From Podarcis liolepis (Eukaryota), in the NCBI GenBank assembly GCA_965112155.1, contig OZ218098.1: 64,000 nt of DNA. One strand, given 5' to 3'. Made by a program: the position numbers and the translations under genes. The notes under the pieces were generated by a model. That model searched no databases. It was not told the origin of the DNA and saw only the letters and a list, made by a program, of their open reading frames with translations. Shown one piece after another: positions 23,945-37,553 of the stretch (position 1 is the stretch's first letter; each line of letters opens with the position of its first letter).

Positions 23945-26679
23945 TTGTTTAGGATGTGTCCTGGAGACACAGCCTTAGCTGCTGATTGCTTGTACATATT
24001 TCATCTCTTCATGGGTGAAAAACAAGTAACTATCAGCTTATAAGGATAAGCTGTTCATTAATTGCTAAAGGTAGAAAAGGAAAGAAACAAACAAAAATAT
24101 CTTCCACATGCTTGCAATCAGGAGGGCTGGGTAGAAGGTGAAACATATTGCCCACATGTTATTGATGCATGTTCATGGGGCAGCTGATACTGGCTGGCTA
24201 AAACCGCATGTGTGCCTGCTGCTAGGTAAATCTGCCAGTGAGGGTCACTAATGGAAAGGCACCAGCAGCAGGTGCTTTGCCCAAGAGTCCCCTTGAGCTT
24301 GAAAACTTTTCAGCAGTAACCAGAGGTGATAAGAGTATATATGATCCATTTCTCTATATATGTCACTGCTGACCTCCAGCCAAAGGAGGAACACACCTTG
24401 GAGGAACAGTACAGATAGAATGCAACAGGCCTTGCCCAATGCCCACTCCAAGAAGTGTCTGGTCAAGGATCTCTCTTCCCTCTAAGCAATTCAACTGTCC
24501 TCCATTTGCTTCTCTCCTCTGCCACTTTATCTCCCCCCCCCCCCCGGCGCCAGCAGCAAGCCATGGCTCATATCTCCGCTCACGAGGCATGGGCCCTATG
24601 TGATATATCAGCAAGATAAAGTTGTGCATGAAAACCAAAATAATGATTCTTCCTTTCCATGGTGGGACCATGGCCAGTTGAGCACTGTGATGGATGATAT
24701 GATAGGACATAACCAACTTTTTATAGGAGAACTGGTTTAACCGTAGCTGTAGATCAGCCAGGTGCAAATATAAATCACCTGCTTCAATGTACTTCTGTAT
24801 ATATAAAGGTTTAAAGGTGCATTAAATTCTCATAAAAGGAGGTGCTTTTCAAGTAAACTTTTGCATGTTCTCTAAGCAGTTTGGTTAAGCATGATTGATG
24901 GGTTATTTATTTTTTATGGCCTTCGGCTTGGAAGACAATGTTCAGGAACCTTTTTTCACAAGGCAATAGCACTGCAGGAACCATGGCAATCAATATCCAA
25001 TGCAAATAAAAGTTTCAAACACCTCCAGAGGACAATTTTCACGGTATTTGTTCTGCGACTGAAACACACTAATGTGTAAAGATTCCTGGAAACATTTGCT
25101 TCCTGGAATTCATTCTGTTCATCACTTTGCTTATGCACGTGCTCAGTTCTTCTAAATACTCTTTCTCCAACCTTAGAACTTCATAATTCCCAGACAGCAT
25201 GGCCAGGAACAATGAGTGTTGCAGTGTTCTGTAACTCAGGGTTACAAAAGACAACCCCAGAGGCAGATGTCATGGGTGCCATGTTGTCCTGAATCCTAAT
25301 TTGAACCTAGTAGGATGTGCTGGGGTTTTACAGCATTTGTTATGAGGCTAGGGGTTGAAAAATTAGCTACTTTCTCTACTTGGTGGGACATAATGTGGGA
25401 CAGATTATTTTCAGTGAAACCCGGGACACTTTTCAGCTTCAATGGATTTTGTCAGGAGACTGATTTGTAAATCCGGGAACTGTCCCCAGGAAATGGAGAC
25501 ATCTGGTAACGTTAGCATAATGTTTCCCTGGGAATGTTAGGAAGCACCCCTAAACTATCAGTGTTTGCTGTGGTAGCCCGCACCTGAGAAGAAAGCTTGA
25601 TTTTGGCCTGGAGAGACTTCATTACAGGGAGTTGGGCAGACCACATCCCAAGCAAGCTGAGTTGCAATACCTTCTTATAAATCCTTCTCTCTCTCTCTCT
25701 TCACTGTAAATCTCTGCTGTCCTCCCTTCTCATTTGTAAATTTAAAACAAATAAAATAGCATCACATTTCTTCTGGAATTGTGAAACTGAGATATAATCA
25801 TCAGCTTGTCACTCCTTTCAGTTCATCCCTCCCCATAATTACAATGGCCTGAAGCTCCTTCCATTGGCACCCCAAATATATGATCATCTCTTTCCCCTTT
25901 ACTCACCAGGGTAAGATCTGTTTTTAGAGGCTATTTGTAGAATATATTAGACAAACTGTTCTTGACTTTTAACACCCATTCACTGCCAGGAAGACAACAT
26001 TTGTGATCTTTGTTTGTATGTTAATTTTCAAGCCCAAATTGAAAATTGTAAGAAGTGAGGCATTTCATCATGCTTATGCTTAGAGAATCCCTAGTAAATT
26101 TGCTAATTCCCCCTTTGATATAATCAAAATTACTTTTGATGAATCTCTTCCCCCCCCCCCCCCGTCAACCCTTGGGGTGCCAGATTCTGAAGGGTATCCT
26201 GGTATCAGTGCCAAAAGAGCCCTAGAACTGCACATGAGAACTACAGGCTTGCCAGCAAACTGCACATGTCAGAACAGAAGCATTTATGCCAAACTGGCAA
26301 ACACTGATTTCCCCCACCAAGAACATCAGGGTTACCAGATCGCCATCTTGCTCAAGCAACATTTAGCAGAAGAAAAGGGGATAACTACTCGTCAGTTTAC
26401 CGCAACCAAGTGGGATAAGCAAGCAGCCAGGTGGCAGCCTTGCACTTTTTAAGATTCGCCTGAAATAAGTCACAAGGTCATTTGTGAGCAGAAGATTTCC
26501 CTTACAGTATTTCGTATGAAGCCAGATTCAAAACAACAGGAAACAGTTAATCATTAGAGAAGGGAAAGGCAAGAAGTGGTGGGCCATTGTGCCAAACAGC
26601 AGTTCATTTGGACATTTGGCACACATAACACCTATACTGTACTGCCTTTTCCTTTTGGGCACAAATTAAGGTGCTAGTG

Positions 26680-26960
26680 TTGACTTAAAAGCCCTAAAAG
26701 TTTGTGACCAGGTTATTTGAAGAACCACCTCTAACCATACAAACCTGCCTGAGTCTTAAGACTCAGAGGTCCTTTTCCGCAGTCAAGAGCCATTCAATTG
26801 GTGGTCACTAGGGGCAGGGCCTTCTCAGTGATGGTCCCCATGCCTGTGGATCTCCTTCCAAGCGGATGTACAAGGGGTGCCCAGAGTGGTTGGGGCAACC
26901 CAGTTAGATAGGTGGGGTACAACTAAATTGTTGTTGTTAGTTAGTTAGTTAGTTTTCAAA
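26680..26960 (+). mobile_element. Degenerate L2 LINE 3' fragment
   Basis: AGGGCCTTCTCAGTGATGG…CCCAGAGTGGTTGGGGCAACCCAG similar to 41515-41862. Confidence 0.6.
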
Positions 26961-27699
26961 AAGACCTTAAAACATTTAAATTTCTAGTGTCTTTTATTAG
27001 GTACTCCCAGCCTCATACCCAGTATTACTCAGGAATTCTAACAAACAAAAATCTGTGCAGTTTTGCAATCATGGGTTAAAATCAGAGCAGTTTTGAAAGG
27101 TTCTTGATTCAATATGACATCCAGTTGAAATCATAAATGGTTCCTGCTCTTTTATCTCAGGAACGACCATTCAACCTTTGGTTACAACATCTTAAGAGGT
27201 GTCCAAATGCATAGTGAACAAACAGCTCTCCAAAATCTATAGCAGATCATGCGAGCTGGGCTATAAATTGTTTTTACTGGATTTATTATTATTAATATGG
27301 GATTGTTTCTATGTATATTTTTAGGACTTGTCCTATGTTTTAAGTGTTTTATGTAAGCTGCCTTGGGAGGGTGTGACTCTGAAAGGCAGCAAGTAAGTAT
27401 TGCAACAAATAAATATTGTCAGTGATTTTCCAGAGAAGATAAATATTTGTCTTCAAAATCTTCAAAAGACAGCAATTCACTTATATTCATTACATGGTTC
27501 AAGGTTTTGAGTCTGACATTCAACAAAAAGAATACTGTTGAGTCAGCACAAAGATGTCATCTGATATTTTTATATGAATCATTTTTTAAACTAAAAATCC
27601 ACTGGCAACCTATCACCAATAAAGTTTTGAAGAAGATGAAATGATTTCAAACCAAGTGCTGGCTGTTTTCAAATTTCTGTGAAAATTCCCATGGCCATA

Positions 27700-27900
27700 C
27701 AGTGGTACCTCTGGATGCAAACGGGATCCGTTCTGGAGCCCCGTTCACATCCAGAAGCGAACGCAACCCACGTCCACATCATTTTGACCATCTGCGCATG
27801 CACAAGCGGCGAAACCCGGAAGTAACACGCTCCATTACTCACTGCAGCACACAACCCGAAAATACTTATCCTGAAGCTACTTCAACCCGAGGTATGACTG
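27700..27900. mobile_element. Tc1/mariner MITE (second family)
   Basis: TA-CAGTGGTACCTC…GAGGTATGACTG-TA; inverted relative at 40335-40570. Confidence 0.85.
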
Positions 27901-28494
27901 TAATTCCATTTTATACGTTTCATTTTGGCAGCTTTTGCATTGTTGACTTAATGCTTCCTTGTTCTCTAGGAGTTCATCAAACAATTTTATGAGACCACAT
28001 TTACAAGCTGCATGCACTGTATTTCCTGTGTGACGCACTTTTCCAAACACAACAGATGATCTTAGAAATCGTAAGAGTGGTTTTTATCTGCTAATCATTT
28101 TGTACATGTAAATTAGGTGAGTGGCTCTCTTTGCAAAATCAACACTCACTTACCTGAGGGACAGAATGCAAACGTTGGAATACCACAGAAATATTCACAG
28201 AACATACATAATTGTATGTTCAGACTTGGGCATGGGGGGGGGGGAGAGAGAGAGCTGTCATTTTAGTGGCATCATCAAGAGGCAACAGATGGAAGGCAGG
28301 AAATGGTGCCTAAATGCCGCAGCAAGACTTTTCAATGTGTTGATTCTACCTTAGGGTAAGGAAGGTTTCTGATAAACCAAAAGAAACAATTGGGCAAAAT
28401 TATCTACCCATTCCTGAATTTCGAATCACTATTCCTGCTTACATGTACACACACACCAGTGACTCTGACTGGTATAAAGTGGCCAGTAAGTGGC

Positions 28495-28675
28495 TGTGTG
28501 TACACATCATACACCTGGAGCACATTTAAAGCACATGACTTCCCACAAAGAATCCTGGGAACTATAGTTTACATCTCACAGAGCTTCAATTCCCAGCATC
28601 CTCAGCAAACTTCCATTCCCAGAATCCTTTGGGTGATGGGAAGTCATGTGCTTTAAAGGTATAGTGCATATGAAG
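28495..28675. mobile_element. Palindromic MITE-like repeat
   Basis: TTTAAAGCACATGACTTCCC…GGGAAGTCATGTGCTTTAAA; relatives at ~5555-5700 and ~36740-36880. Confidence 0.65.
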
Positions 28676-30361
28676 CCAGAAAGTTGTACTCTAACTGGGT
28701 TCCCGATCAGAAGAAGGATTGTAGTTGCATTTAGCCAAATACACTCCCAACCCCCCTTGAGATCTCTTCCCCACCCCTGCCAAGCCCACAACCCCTGTAT
28801 GGAAGAATTTAAGAACGCTTGAACAGGTCTTTGCTCACACATGATTTTGCCATACCCTGGGGTAATTTTAGATTGAATGTGACAGCAGTAACCTTTGTGT
28901 AGATTTGTTGGGGTTTCCTCTTTCCACACACTCCACCCGATATGGCCAATAGTAAACTAGCTCTTTTAGTGTGGTTCTAAATTGGGCTGTACATTTTTTT
29001 TTATATATAACATCCCTCAGTCAGCTAAGATGTCTGAAGGATTAATATGCAGCTTTGAACTCACAAAATAAAGGTTTATACAATGTGATACTGCAGGGAG
29101 TAAAGAGCAATTAATAAATTAATATCATTTTTGACCAAAGTAACTCCTACACCTATTTGTTCCAAACCCCATCAACCAAAAATGAACACTGAAGCTGTAA
29201 ATGAAGATGCTTATAGATTAAATAAACAGGAAAAATCTATTCAACATGTATCACTGCATCATAATTTGCTTTGCAGCATCTATGGGATGTGCGAGGGATG
29301 TCAGCATGCTGTAGGAACCCACTGTCGTAGGGGCAAGGTGTGTACACATCTGCCTGCCACATCGTCACCCAAACATTATCTCATTCATCTTTGCAATAAC
29401 CTTCTGAAATAGGACACCAACATCCCCATTTTGCAAATAAGAAACTGAACCTGGGATCTACTGACTTCATTGCTTCTGAGGATGGGTTTGAACTCTAATT
29501 TCCTGAACTGAAGCACACTGTCCACATATTCAGGCCGGTTCTCCCATTCCCATCTGCCTCCCATGGGGATGTTGCAGTGTTCTGTGCTGCCCTTTGTTTA
29601 TGCCCTTCACACAACCTTGCATTCTCTGTATAGCATAGCATGCAGAGGCGCATGATGCTCGGGAGCATGTGTGCAAAAGAACAGAAGCCCCACATGGTGT
29701 ATCTGTTGGTGGCCTAAACTTAAATTATAAATTTCCCCCATTCTTTGTTAATCTTAAACAGTTAAAATTGTTAGTAGGATTGGAATAACACGTGACGTGC
29801 TAATTTTGCATATGTGCAGACATTTAATCCCCAGCCTGGAGCCTGAAAAGGTACCAACCCAACAAAAACGTCACACCAGGCTTCTGCTAGTTTGTTTCAG
29901 CTTACACCCAATTATAAATACAGACCTAGATCTTCTTGGACAGAATTCAGTTTTTCCCTATCCTTTCCCCCTGCTGTGCCCACCCCTCTGTCCCTCCTCC
30001 CTTTCTCCCAAGAGCATACCATGCTTTCAAATTAGTAATTATGTTTGTAAGAAAACTGGTCCCATCCAGCCAAAGCTGGTTAAAATACAACTTTTCAATC
30101 AGAGCTATCAGCCTTTTGCAGGTGGGGTTGAAGGGAAATGATCCTTGAAAATGTCATTCTGGATGGCTGTGAAAAATATTGTAGTGGTTTCCAGCTCTGC
30201 AAAGAGTGACAATGATTAGAAGTTGCTTCTGGATGACCTTGCTCCCCAAAGTAAAATGCTTTACTTGGGCGGGGGACAGAGGGGTGGGTTAGAGTTGCTA
30301 TGTGTGGACATCACCTATCTTAAAATGCTAAAGGAGACGTGTTCTTAACACCTGATGAAGT

Positions 30362-30507
30362 CAGTGGCGTAGCGTGGGGGGTGCAGGGGGGCCGGCCGCA
30401 CCGGGCGCAACATCTGGGGGTTAGGGTTAGGGGGCGCAAATCCACGGGTTAGGGGGCGCAAATTACTTGCCTTGCCCCGGGTGCTGACAACCCACGCTAC
30501 GCCACTG
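30362..30507. mobile_element. Young 146-bp hAT MITE containing TTAGGG repeats
   Basis: Perfect 17-bp TIR CAGTGGCGTAGCGTGGG; perfect 8-bp TSD GATGAAGT (30354-30361, 30508-30515); CpGs intact. Confidence 0.92.
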
Positions 30508-33500
30508 GATGAAGTGTTAAAGTATAATGGTTTATAAGTTTAATTTACATTCATTACAGGCTATTAAAAGTAAAGATAGGATTTCATATGAGGAGATCTC
30601 TCTGATCTCTCCCCCACAGCCCACTCCAAATTCTCTCATAGATTTCTATCAGTGCGTTTTTAAATTTGAAAAATAACCCCATAACATGAGTTAGCATTAA
30701 AAAGGCAGAGGCACAGTTCCCTGGGAAAGTCATCTGGAAAGTGGACCCGAAAAGCAAACAGACCAAGTTTGCTGGGCATTGTGCAGATCACGGAAGTGAC
30801 CTGATCCTTGCCCAGAAAACCTTCAATTAACCTTTACAAGGCACAAATGGGAGAAGAGGTCAATGAGCAGCAGGTGGAAGCAGAGGAAACATAAATGACC
30901 AGGAGGGTTTGCTAAGAAAAGAAAAGAAAGTGAGTCTTGAAAGAGGAAAAGGAAGCGTCTCAAGGAAAAGAAACTTGCTCCAAGGATTGGAAATAACATG
31001 GCAGGAGAAGAAGAGACAGGATGTGAAAGAGGGAGAGACATAAAGGAAGAGATTCAGTTTGGGACAAAGAGGTGCAAACTTTTCACAATAAGGTCTAGAA
31101 GCTTAGTGTTGGCATAGGCTGTGACACATAACTGCTGTAAGGATGAGGATCACGCAGGATGTGCAGAATCTCCCCCCTGACCCCCCCCCAAGCCAGAATG
31201 TCCAAATTTGAGATGAAGTTTTTGATCCTAGTAATGGGAAGTGAACATGAAGCTTAGCAAAGTCATTGTGAACTGGATTGGGGCAACCAAGAAAGACTTG
31301 GTTATAGACATCTACATGTGACCAGAACTTTAGAGTGTAGGGAGGAAAATATCAAGTAGCAGATTTTGTGACCCCTTAGATGTGAGAGGTCTGCCATGAT
31401 ATCCTAGCACTATGTCTGTCATAAAGATAATAGCTTGCTGCATTTCCACACTGAATGTGTTTCATAGTACCATGCTAAAGCATCCAATCCTAAACCTACT
31501 AAATCTGAGCTGTTAGCCAAACAACAAGAGCTGTCACCAAGCAACAGACTTCACTGTTGTATAACACTCTTCGTGCTAAGGAAGCACATACTGTCCCAGT
31601 TCATTAATTCATACCATAAAAACCTTTTTCAGTTCATATCCAGAGGGCCTAGAGATAACCCTTTCCATTTTAATCCAATAATGCCAATTTTCCAGCTTGT
31701 TTTGAAATTCTGCATTTGAGATAATAACTAGTAAGTAAACAAGGGTCAGTTATGTATGTCTGTAGAGAAACTGTAATGAAGTTTTGGGGTCCCTGATAAG
31801 GTCATCAAAATAGCCTTTCCATCCCTGATAGTAGCCACCTGGATATGACAAGAAGGGGGACTCTAAGCTTAGGAAAGACACTATATGAAAATAAAAGTTG
31901 CACTAGGAATTGCATACGCAGTTAGACAATTTTGATTCCACCTCTCCCAAATTACTGGGAGTCAGCCTGTGAAGTCATCAAACTCCAGATAAACTGCTTT
32001 CCTCATTAAATTGTCCTGAAAGGCCATTTCAAAGCAATGCAAGGAAAGATTACATATTAAGTTAGATTTCCACATGATGCAATTTTCTACACATTGTCTT
32101 TCCCAGACAAAGGTTCTTATTAAAAAACTATTGTCATTTATCTTGATGGAACTATGGGAACAAATGATTACTCTGGCACTAGAAGCTGGCACCTTCTTGA
32201 GGGTATATATGCTTGTTCTTGGCCACTCTTCAACATCTGATAAACCCTAGCTGCAAGTTGCCAAACTTTATTCAGGAGAACCCACGCAGCCTCTGGCACC
32301 TAGACAAACATTTCATAACAAATACTCTCAGCTGTAGTGGAGAGACACAAATATTTTCACCCACTAGCTTACCTGACAGGGTCTGGGATTTAAATTTATT
32401 TTACATGTAATACAAACGTTTTTATCATGCATGCACCAGGAAACTGGTTTGCTGACAGAATCCCTAGTCTAGAAACTGCCAACCTGTAGTCCTTTGGATG
32501 GTGTTGGACTTTGACTGCTATCATTCCTGACCATTGACCATGCTGACTTGTGGCTGTTGGGAGTTGTAGTCCAGCAACACCTAGAGGATCACAGGTTCCC
32601 TATCCTTCCAAGACAAGAAACGAGGCTGCTCCTTCCTCCCTTTTTTGCTTTCTTGCATTATGTTGCTCCGTAAAGTGCCTTGGACACCAGGGCCAGTATA
32701 TTATGCATAAAAAACGAATAATAACTTGGACTGCCAATCTATTAAAGAATGCGAAGCTGAATAACCATCTGCCTTTTAACTAAAAGGTTATTTAAATAAA
32801 CCAATGCTGATCCTTTTTAATGCGACTGAGGAAGATGTGCCCATAGATTTGAAATAATTGATGAGGATCTTGCTTAAAAAGCAGCAAAGACAGTGCAGGC
32901 AAGAAAGTGGCAAAGTCAATATTCCATCTGACCAGGACTGGCTGTTAAAAATGTTTAGAACTTGTGGTAAAGGATAAATGAACTGAATTGATTCAAAGGA
33001 GAGAAGGCAGGTGGTGGAATGTCCACTTTGCTGAGAGATGGACATGTTTTGTAAATTGCCAAATGAAAGACATGGGAATGTGAGACTGGAATCTATTTCT
33101 GTCAGTGACCAGAGAGGAAAATGCACTGGAAAGTGTGGGATAATACTTGACATCATCCAGCTTCTCCTCAGACAAATCAGGATTAATGCTCACTAAACAG
33201 GTTGTCTGGGAGCACCCAGAGTTACGGAAAATAGATACCATCTTTACACTCATATGTTATGATACAGTGGGGAGCCAGAAGGACAAAATAAATGCTTAGT
33301 ACCGATATTGTATATCTGAATATGAACCTGTTGATCTGGCAGTACACTGCAATCATTTCTCAGGTGCAGAACTGTTCTCAGGTACATTTTGTTAATAAAA
33401 TTGTGTCCTCTGTCACACTGGCAATTACACCGGAGACTAGAAACACTTTCCCAGCTTAATTATGCCATTGTCCTCTGACAGTCCCAAGTGCTTTCAATGG

Positions 33501-34544
33501 CAGTTTGGGGAAAACAAGGAATGCTCCACGGTATGGGAATGGAAAGTATAAAGAATACCAACCAGCCTTATCACTCTGTGAGCCACAATAGCTGTTAGTT
33601 GAGCAGGGAAGGGGAACCTGGTGCTTGCTGGGGTGGAAAGCACAGGGCCCAACAGTAGGGAAAGCCAGAGCCAATGGCAGGCCCAACCAACATATTAGCA
33701 GGAGGAGGATGGGGCCAAACTGAGTTCTTCAAGGGCAGCAGTGAGACTAAGGAGGATGAAGCTGACAGTCTGGGACTGAATTTAAGTAAGAAGGCAAGAC
33801 AGGCAGGAGGGAGCTGGCTAAGGTTGACGGGACAGTGCCCCCTTTCACTCTAGTGGACCAGCCTCCACTGGCCAGAATCCGTGAGGTACCTTCCCCACCA
33901 AATTATACTGTACTTGATTACTCATGATATCTTGACATATTGTTCTCCACTGAGAAGAGCAGTTATGAGCAATGACCTAGAAGACTGTATCTCATTTGTA
34001 CGTCTATTTCCATGTAACCGACAACATTCACATTTTGTACTGCCCCTTCTAAGGTGCCACCATACATCCAATAGTCAACATAAGAGCAGAAGAATGTGTT
34101 AAAGAGGACCAGCAGTGGATTGAGCACACTATTTATATAATTTTGAATATAGAAATATGCAGGGGTGCCAACGCTATGGGGCTGAGGTGTCTTTGTTCCC
34201 CCCACTCACCCAATATATGTTGGGAGGGGGCTGGGCTCCCTCAGTGTTGACATGGCAGAGGAGGCCAAGGGTAGAGCCAAGTGCAGCACAGTTTCAATGG
34301 CCGGCTCATCCTGAGCGTGAGAGAGGAGCCACCAGCCATTGAAGCTGCTCCGCACTCAGCCTCCTCACCAAAGATGTGACATTGCACATTGTGTGCACAA
34401 TGTCACATGCAACGGGCGTACGACAGCATACACATGTGACACGCACTAGGTTCCCTCAAGCTTGGGTGCAAGTCAGCACCCCTGGATAATATGCATGATT
34501 CCAAAAAGCCGTGAAAGGCTAGGACTAAGGAAAAAGAATATTTA

Positions 34545-34720
34545 TATATTATAAAATTATGGATGACATGGAGAAAGTGGATAGAAAAGGGTTTTGCTCC
34601 CTCTCTCATAACTCTCATAACTTGTGGGCAGCCAATTAAACTGAATTCAGCACAGATAAAATAAAGCACTTCTTCACACAGCACTTTGTGAAACAATGGA
34701 ACTTGTTATGCAATTGATAG
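34545..34720 (+). mobile_element. CR1 LINE fragment
   Basis: TATAAAATTATG…GAGAAAGTGGATAGA…ACAGATAAAA…TTCTTCACACAGC…ATGGAAC resembles the CR1 ORF2 end. Confidence 0.65.
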
Positions 34721-36573
34721 AAGTCATAAGTTTTATAAAAGTCCTAAGATTTAACAAGAACTGCTCTCATGTAATAATTTTCAGCCCATGGGTATAAATC
34801 GCAGAATGACAGCTGGCATACAAGGGCACTTTAATCTGCAGTCAGTCAACAGGTTTGTACAACAGTTTCAGGCCTTCTTCCTCTGCTCCAACATCTGACT
34901 TTAGGTCATGCCCACAAATTAAAAGTTTCTAAAACAGGATTGGTTAGTCACCCAGATCAGGGAATGATTCTAAAATTTTGAAGTATCACTTTTGAGGACT
35001 TCAGATGATACTCTACCTCAGTTAACAAATCATCCAACCAGGGGGTAAGGGGGGCAGCTGCCCTCCCCCATCAGGTAAATAAATAAAAATAGTTAACTAA
35101 AAGTTGAAATAATCAGAATATTTGAAATTGAAAATGCTCACTGAGGTCACTTGGGTGATGTTGTGGTGCATTCTAGCAGCGCATCTGACAACCCAACTAA
35201 GTGATAGGTGTGGCTTCTGCCAACTGATCAATCGTATCGCAGGTAGCTCAGTCCTGTCCCCTCCCCCCATAAATCCTGGCTATGCCCAGGAGCCCCAGCC
35301 AGCCATGTTGCAGGATAGGGTCCAAGCTACATAGGATCATGGGAAGCTACTTTATATTGTGTCAGGCCATTGGTCCATATAGCTCAATATTGTCTACACC
35401 TGAGTAGCTGTAACAGATATTGTGCACACAATGTATGTATGACCCTCAGAATCTATGCACTTGAGCCAATTCAATACATGATTGTCACTCGCCTGCCCAC
35501 AGTCCCACAAACAGGCCCTGTGGGACACTGGGACCAGTGCAGGCTATACACTGCAGGGGTGGGCAAAGGGGTGCCCTCCAGATATTGTTTGACTTAAAAT
35601 TCTCATCATCCCTAACCGCTGGCCATACTTGCTTGGGCTGATGGGAGTTGCAATCCAGCAACATCTGGTGCTTTTGTGCTTCTTTCGGGTTTGTCTTCCT
35701 CACACATTTTTGATACAATAAACCACAGAATATGACAATACAGTATGGCAAAGAATCTTCTGAACAGCTTAGGTAGGGATAATTGGAGGGGGGGGCGATC
35801 ACCAGAAATAGGGAGGAGGCACTTTCTATGGGTGGGTTCCCTTTGTGCTAGGTGACTCTGCCTGATTTGGTGTGATTCTCCCTTTCTTTAGCAGCAGCAG
35901 CAGCAGACCCTTCCCAAACCCAAGACTTGGGAGGAGCCCAGGTGGAAGCACAAAGGTGGGCAAGCTGGCAATGACCCCCCCCTCCTCCTCCTCCTCCTCC
36001 TCCTCACAGTTCTAATGATCTAAGCTAGTAACTTTAAATTGTTCTGCAAGCTCATTTATGAAACTATGCTTTAATGAGTATTTTACTACTGTACTTCTTG
36101 TAAGAGAGAGATCCTTACTGGACAATTTAGCGCCGTAAGAACACAACCATGAATTGTAAATGCTAGGTTACTTCTTTCACGTGCAGCGCAGTGAAAAAGC
36201 ACAAGCGTAGCTGGTGCACAAACACAAACTAGCACAGCTTCAGTTTTAATTCTCCTCCCCACTCCCAGCTCTGCTCTGATGGCTGAAGAAATTGAATTTC
36301 ATATGACTGAGCATATGACCACCTTGTAATAAAGCAAGATGAAGTGGTTTCAATGAATAGACCTACCCGAACGAATCATGATTTGCCATAGACTAACTCT
36401 GAAACTGGGTCATTTCATTCCTAACTTATTTGGAGCTTTGCTTACCTTATGCTGTCTTGTCTGTGAGTCTTGGAAGACCTGCTCCCTGCCTTGCAGAGCT
36501 TTTTCCATCTGGCCTGGAAGGGCGGGGCCCTGATTGACCCCAGCTGCAAAAGCTGAGGCCCTTGACCAGGCTC

Positions 36574-36575
<2 letters not shown>

Positions 36576-36622
<47 letters not shown>
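36576..36622. repeat. (GT)n microsatellite
   Basis: Directly visible. Confidence 0.95.
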
Positions 36623-36625
<3 letters not shown>

Positions 36626-37341
36626 CAGGCTTCTGTTGCTGTTAATATTGTTCTAATTGTTCCATTTTTTTCAAATTGTTTTTAACTGCTTTTTAACTTG
36701 TTTTTTATGGTTTTTTTTAATTAAGGGATGTAATATGTGCCTGGGAATGCTATAGTTTTGTGGTGCAAATAAGGACCAACTCCCAGAACTCTGAACAAAC
36801 TGCAATTCCCAGGATTCTTTGGTGAAAACCATGACTCTTAAAGTGGTATGATACCGCTTTAAACAAATAGTGCAGATGTGGCCTAATTAATTTCAGGAGC
36901 ACAAGTGGTAACAGCTCCCACCTTACACAGAAAGCAAAATGAGCCTGTTTGCCCAGAAGCTGGCAAAATTAACCTAGGCAATGTTGCAGTGGGGTTCTTG
37001 CCTTTTTATATTGGTTTACAGCACAAACAGACCTTCATAGCCACCCTGTCCAAAAATAGCCCTCTTCGAGCCTGAGCTTGTAAAACTAATAAACAAAGTA
37101 TGTCAGGCACCCACCAGGTCAAGACACAGGGTCAGTTACATTTTAAAGGAAGACAGACAGACAGTTTGCATTTGGAGAGCGACAAGAACAAAATGTACAG
37201 ATTAAATAACCTACTAAGCAAAAAATGTACCTTAGGCAATTGGTGTTCTATCCTGCTCCAGTACCCTTCAGGTGAACAATGAATGCCTTGCTTGCCAGGA
37301 AAGGAAAAAAATCTGATGTACTGTAATTTCCCTCTTAGGAA

Positions 37342-37344
<3 letters not shown>

Positions 37345-37398
<54 letters not shown>
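37345..37398. repeat. (GA)n microsatellite
   Basis: Directly visible. Confidence 0.95.
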
Positions 37399-37404
<6 letters not shown>

Positions 37405-37422
37405 CTAAGAAAACGTTGAAGG

Positions 37423-37553
37423 CAGTGCTATTTTTCTAGAAAAATAGGTGCCGAAACTCACCATGAACACCTCCCTCTTTCTCTTAGAATGCCAATGGCC
37501 TGAGAGGTGCCGGAACTGAGTTCCAGTGAGTTCCCCCTAAACAAGAAGCCCTG
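37423..37553. mobile_element. Short hAT-type MITE
   Basis: CAGTGCT…AGCCCTG ends, internal AGGTGCCG(G/A)AACT repeats, flanks GTTGAAGG / GCTAAAGG. Confidence 0.6.

Larger units (their letters stand above)
2490..33085 (-). pseudogene. Putative decayed multi-exon cadherin-related (CDHR3/CDHR4-like) unitary pseudogene
   Basis: Ordered exon-sized segments, many with AG/GT boundaries, carrying frameshifted cadherin motifs: GPLD-YE (~31640), VVPE..CH (~27170), QNEF..SRNLYT..ALDID (24970-25120), YIEA..SYHII (24640-24794), VIAEKV..HISH-G|GDVLKL..REKYY (22838-22989 / 21968-22068), HVSVEP-NEH (20115-20239), QDVPYG..KHFAL..EKTG (17350-17493), EIWVAAS (11757), HVHV-WSTCVP (7503-7610), TM segment (2490-2740). 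Read by eye only. Confidence 0.5.

Noticed and set aside
23517-24043. Overlapping GC-rich ORFs (also 42390-42876 and 52935-53416)
   Set aside because: Explained by GC-rich MITEs with few stop codons
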